Origin: Bdellovibrionales bacterium
GTDB taxonomy: Bacteria; Bdellovibrionota; Bdellovibrionia; Bdellovibrionales; JAUICD01
Assembly (NCBI GenBank): GCA_965262715.1
Contig: OZ253553.1
Coordinates: 2,080,001 to 2,144,000 of the forward strand
Direction: 5' to 3'
DNA: 64,000 bases
The position numbers and the translations under genes were made by a program. The notes under the pieces are model-generated. The model had not been told where the DNA came from. It did no database searches and saw only the letters and a program-made list of their open reading frames with translations. How positions within the stretch are numbered: position 1 is the stretch's first letter; every line of letters starts with the position of its first letter. Shown here piece by piece: positions 62,919 to 64,000 of the stretch.

Positions 62919-63629
62919 ATGTTAAAAGCGTTTAAAAGATTATTTAAAATGGCAGAATCTGAGGCTCATTCTGCAATTGACAAGTTTGAAAACCCGATCA
63001 AGATGACAGAGCAAGGCATTCGAGATTTGAAAAAAGACCTTGAAAACGGTATTAGAAGCCTTGCTCAAGTCAAAGCATTAACAATCCGATTGAAAAAAGA
63101 TGCAGCTGACAAAAAGCAAATTGCAGCAGATTATGAGCGAAAAGCCATGTTACTTCTAGAAAAAGGTCAAAAAGGTGGTATGGAAGCAGGCGAGGCTGAT
63201 CGCCTAGCTAGTGAAGCATTAGCTAAAAAAGAAACTGCTTTCACTCAGGCAACAACAGCCTCTCAAGATATTGTGAACCAGGAAAAAATGATAGCTCAAC
63301 TTGAATCCAACATAAAAAAACTCAAATCCCAAATTGGACAGTGGGACAATGAACTTATCACTTTAAGGGCTAGAGCAAAAGTTGCTTCATCCACAAAGAA
63401 ACTCAATCAACAGCTTGCACAAGTTGATTCAGACAGCACCTTATCCATGCTTGAAAAAATGAAAACTAAAGTACAAGAAGATGAAGCTTTAGCTGAATCG
63501 TATGGTGATATGGCCATGCTTGAAAATAACATTGATACAGAAATCAATAAGGCTTTAGCAGGCCAAGCCAACTCAAAAACATCTGACTCCTTAGCATCAC
63601 TTAAAGCTAAAATGGGTATCAACAAGTAG
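62919..63629 (+). CDS. PspA/IM30 family protein
   Basis: A.S.IDKFENPIKMTEQGIRDL, coiled coil, LE.MK.KV...EA.AE, LASLKAKMG. Confidence 0.93.
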   Translation: MLKAFKRLFKMAESEAHSAIDKFENPIKMTEQGIRDLKKDLENGIRSLAQVKALTIRLKKDAADKKQIAADYERKAMLLLEKGQKGGMEAGEADRLASEALAKKETAFTQATTASQDIVNQEKMIAQLESNIKKLKSQIGQWDNELITLRARAKVASSTKKLNQQLAQVDSDSTLSMLEKMKTKVQEDEALAESYGDMAMLENNIDTEINKALAGQANSKTSDSLASLKAKMGINK

Positions 63630-63640
63630 GAGAGGCTTTT

Positions 63641-64000
63641 ATGATATTTGTTACACTTATAATTTTAATTATCTTAGCAGTAGCAGCTTATTATTTTTGG
63701 ATACGACCACTTAAACAACTTGAAGCTAAAAACTTACCTAAACCTTATGAAAAAGACGAGCTTCGCATTGAAAATGTGGGTCCTGGTGCTGTCATACGTC
63801 TTACAGGAATTGGAAAAGACATGGATGAATTTGACTTAAAAGTTATTTCTAAACACACTTATCGCCAAGTTGAGTCAACATGGTATGAATTAGAATGCGA
63901 TAAAGGTGAGGGAAAAGTCTGGCTTGATATGGAAGAAGACGACGAGTTAGAATTAGCTGTGGGGCTTAAAAAGCTTAAGTTGCGAGATTTAAATATCACA
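63641..64000 (+). CDS. DUF4178/YjfK-like membrane-anchored protein (runs off the right edge)
   Basis: My translation: MIFVTLIILIILAVAAYYFW...LRIENVGPGAVI...KHTYRQVESTWYELEC....KVWLDMEEDDELEL; SD aggag. Confidence 0.65.
   Translation, partial: MIFVTLIILIILAVAAYYFWIRPLKQLEAKNLPKPYEKDELRIENVGPGAVIRLTGIGKDMDEFDLKVISKHTYRQVESTWYELECDKGEGKVWLDMEEDDELELAVGLKKLKLRDLNIT

Noticed and set aside
3438..63625. Antisense or nested shadow ORFs (e.g. 3438..3803, 12404..12640, 15725..16114, 23279..25996 set, 33830..34096, 36455..36754, 51085..51408, 55900..56220, 62586..62864)
   Set aside because: They overlap well-supported genes on the other strand or frame.

Overview
AT-rich bacterial chromosome segment. 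Gene content and protein style suggest Bdellovibrionota (inference, no search run). Housekeeping genes: ygfA-tyrS, clpP-clpX-lon, cyoE, tolC plus an RND pump, rpsA, a dnaQ-like exonuclease, ssb, lnt, oppDF, the rplE..secY..rpoA-rplQ ribosomal cluster, a keto-acid dehydrogenase E1-beta and a J-domain/YjfI-like/PspA/DUF4178 cluster. Accessory content: secreted hypothetical proteins, four tandem FlgT-C-like paralogues, an IS30 and several decayed genes. Two observations stand out. (1) A family of non-coding ~150-bp multi-stem hairpin elements (family A, at least 16 near-complete copies plus stubs). Their stems covary between copies, every copy I recognised lies on the same strand, and the intact copies begin immediately after a CT. 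They have colonised the ribosomal operon, where they form tandem arrays that duplicate the 3' ends of rpmJ and rplR while leaving both genes intact. Other hairpin modules (B, C, D) are nested in them or in MITE shells. (2) Ribosomal protein L17 is fused in frame to a transmembrane helix and a TlpA/ResA thioredoxin domain. No CRISPR array, tRNA or rRNA was seen. A 6S RNA candidate lies upstream of ygfA.
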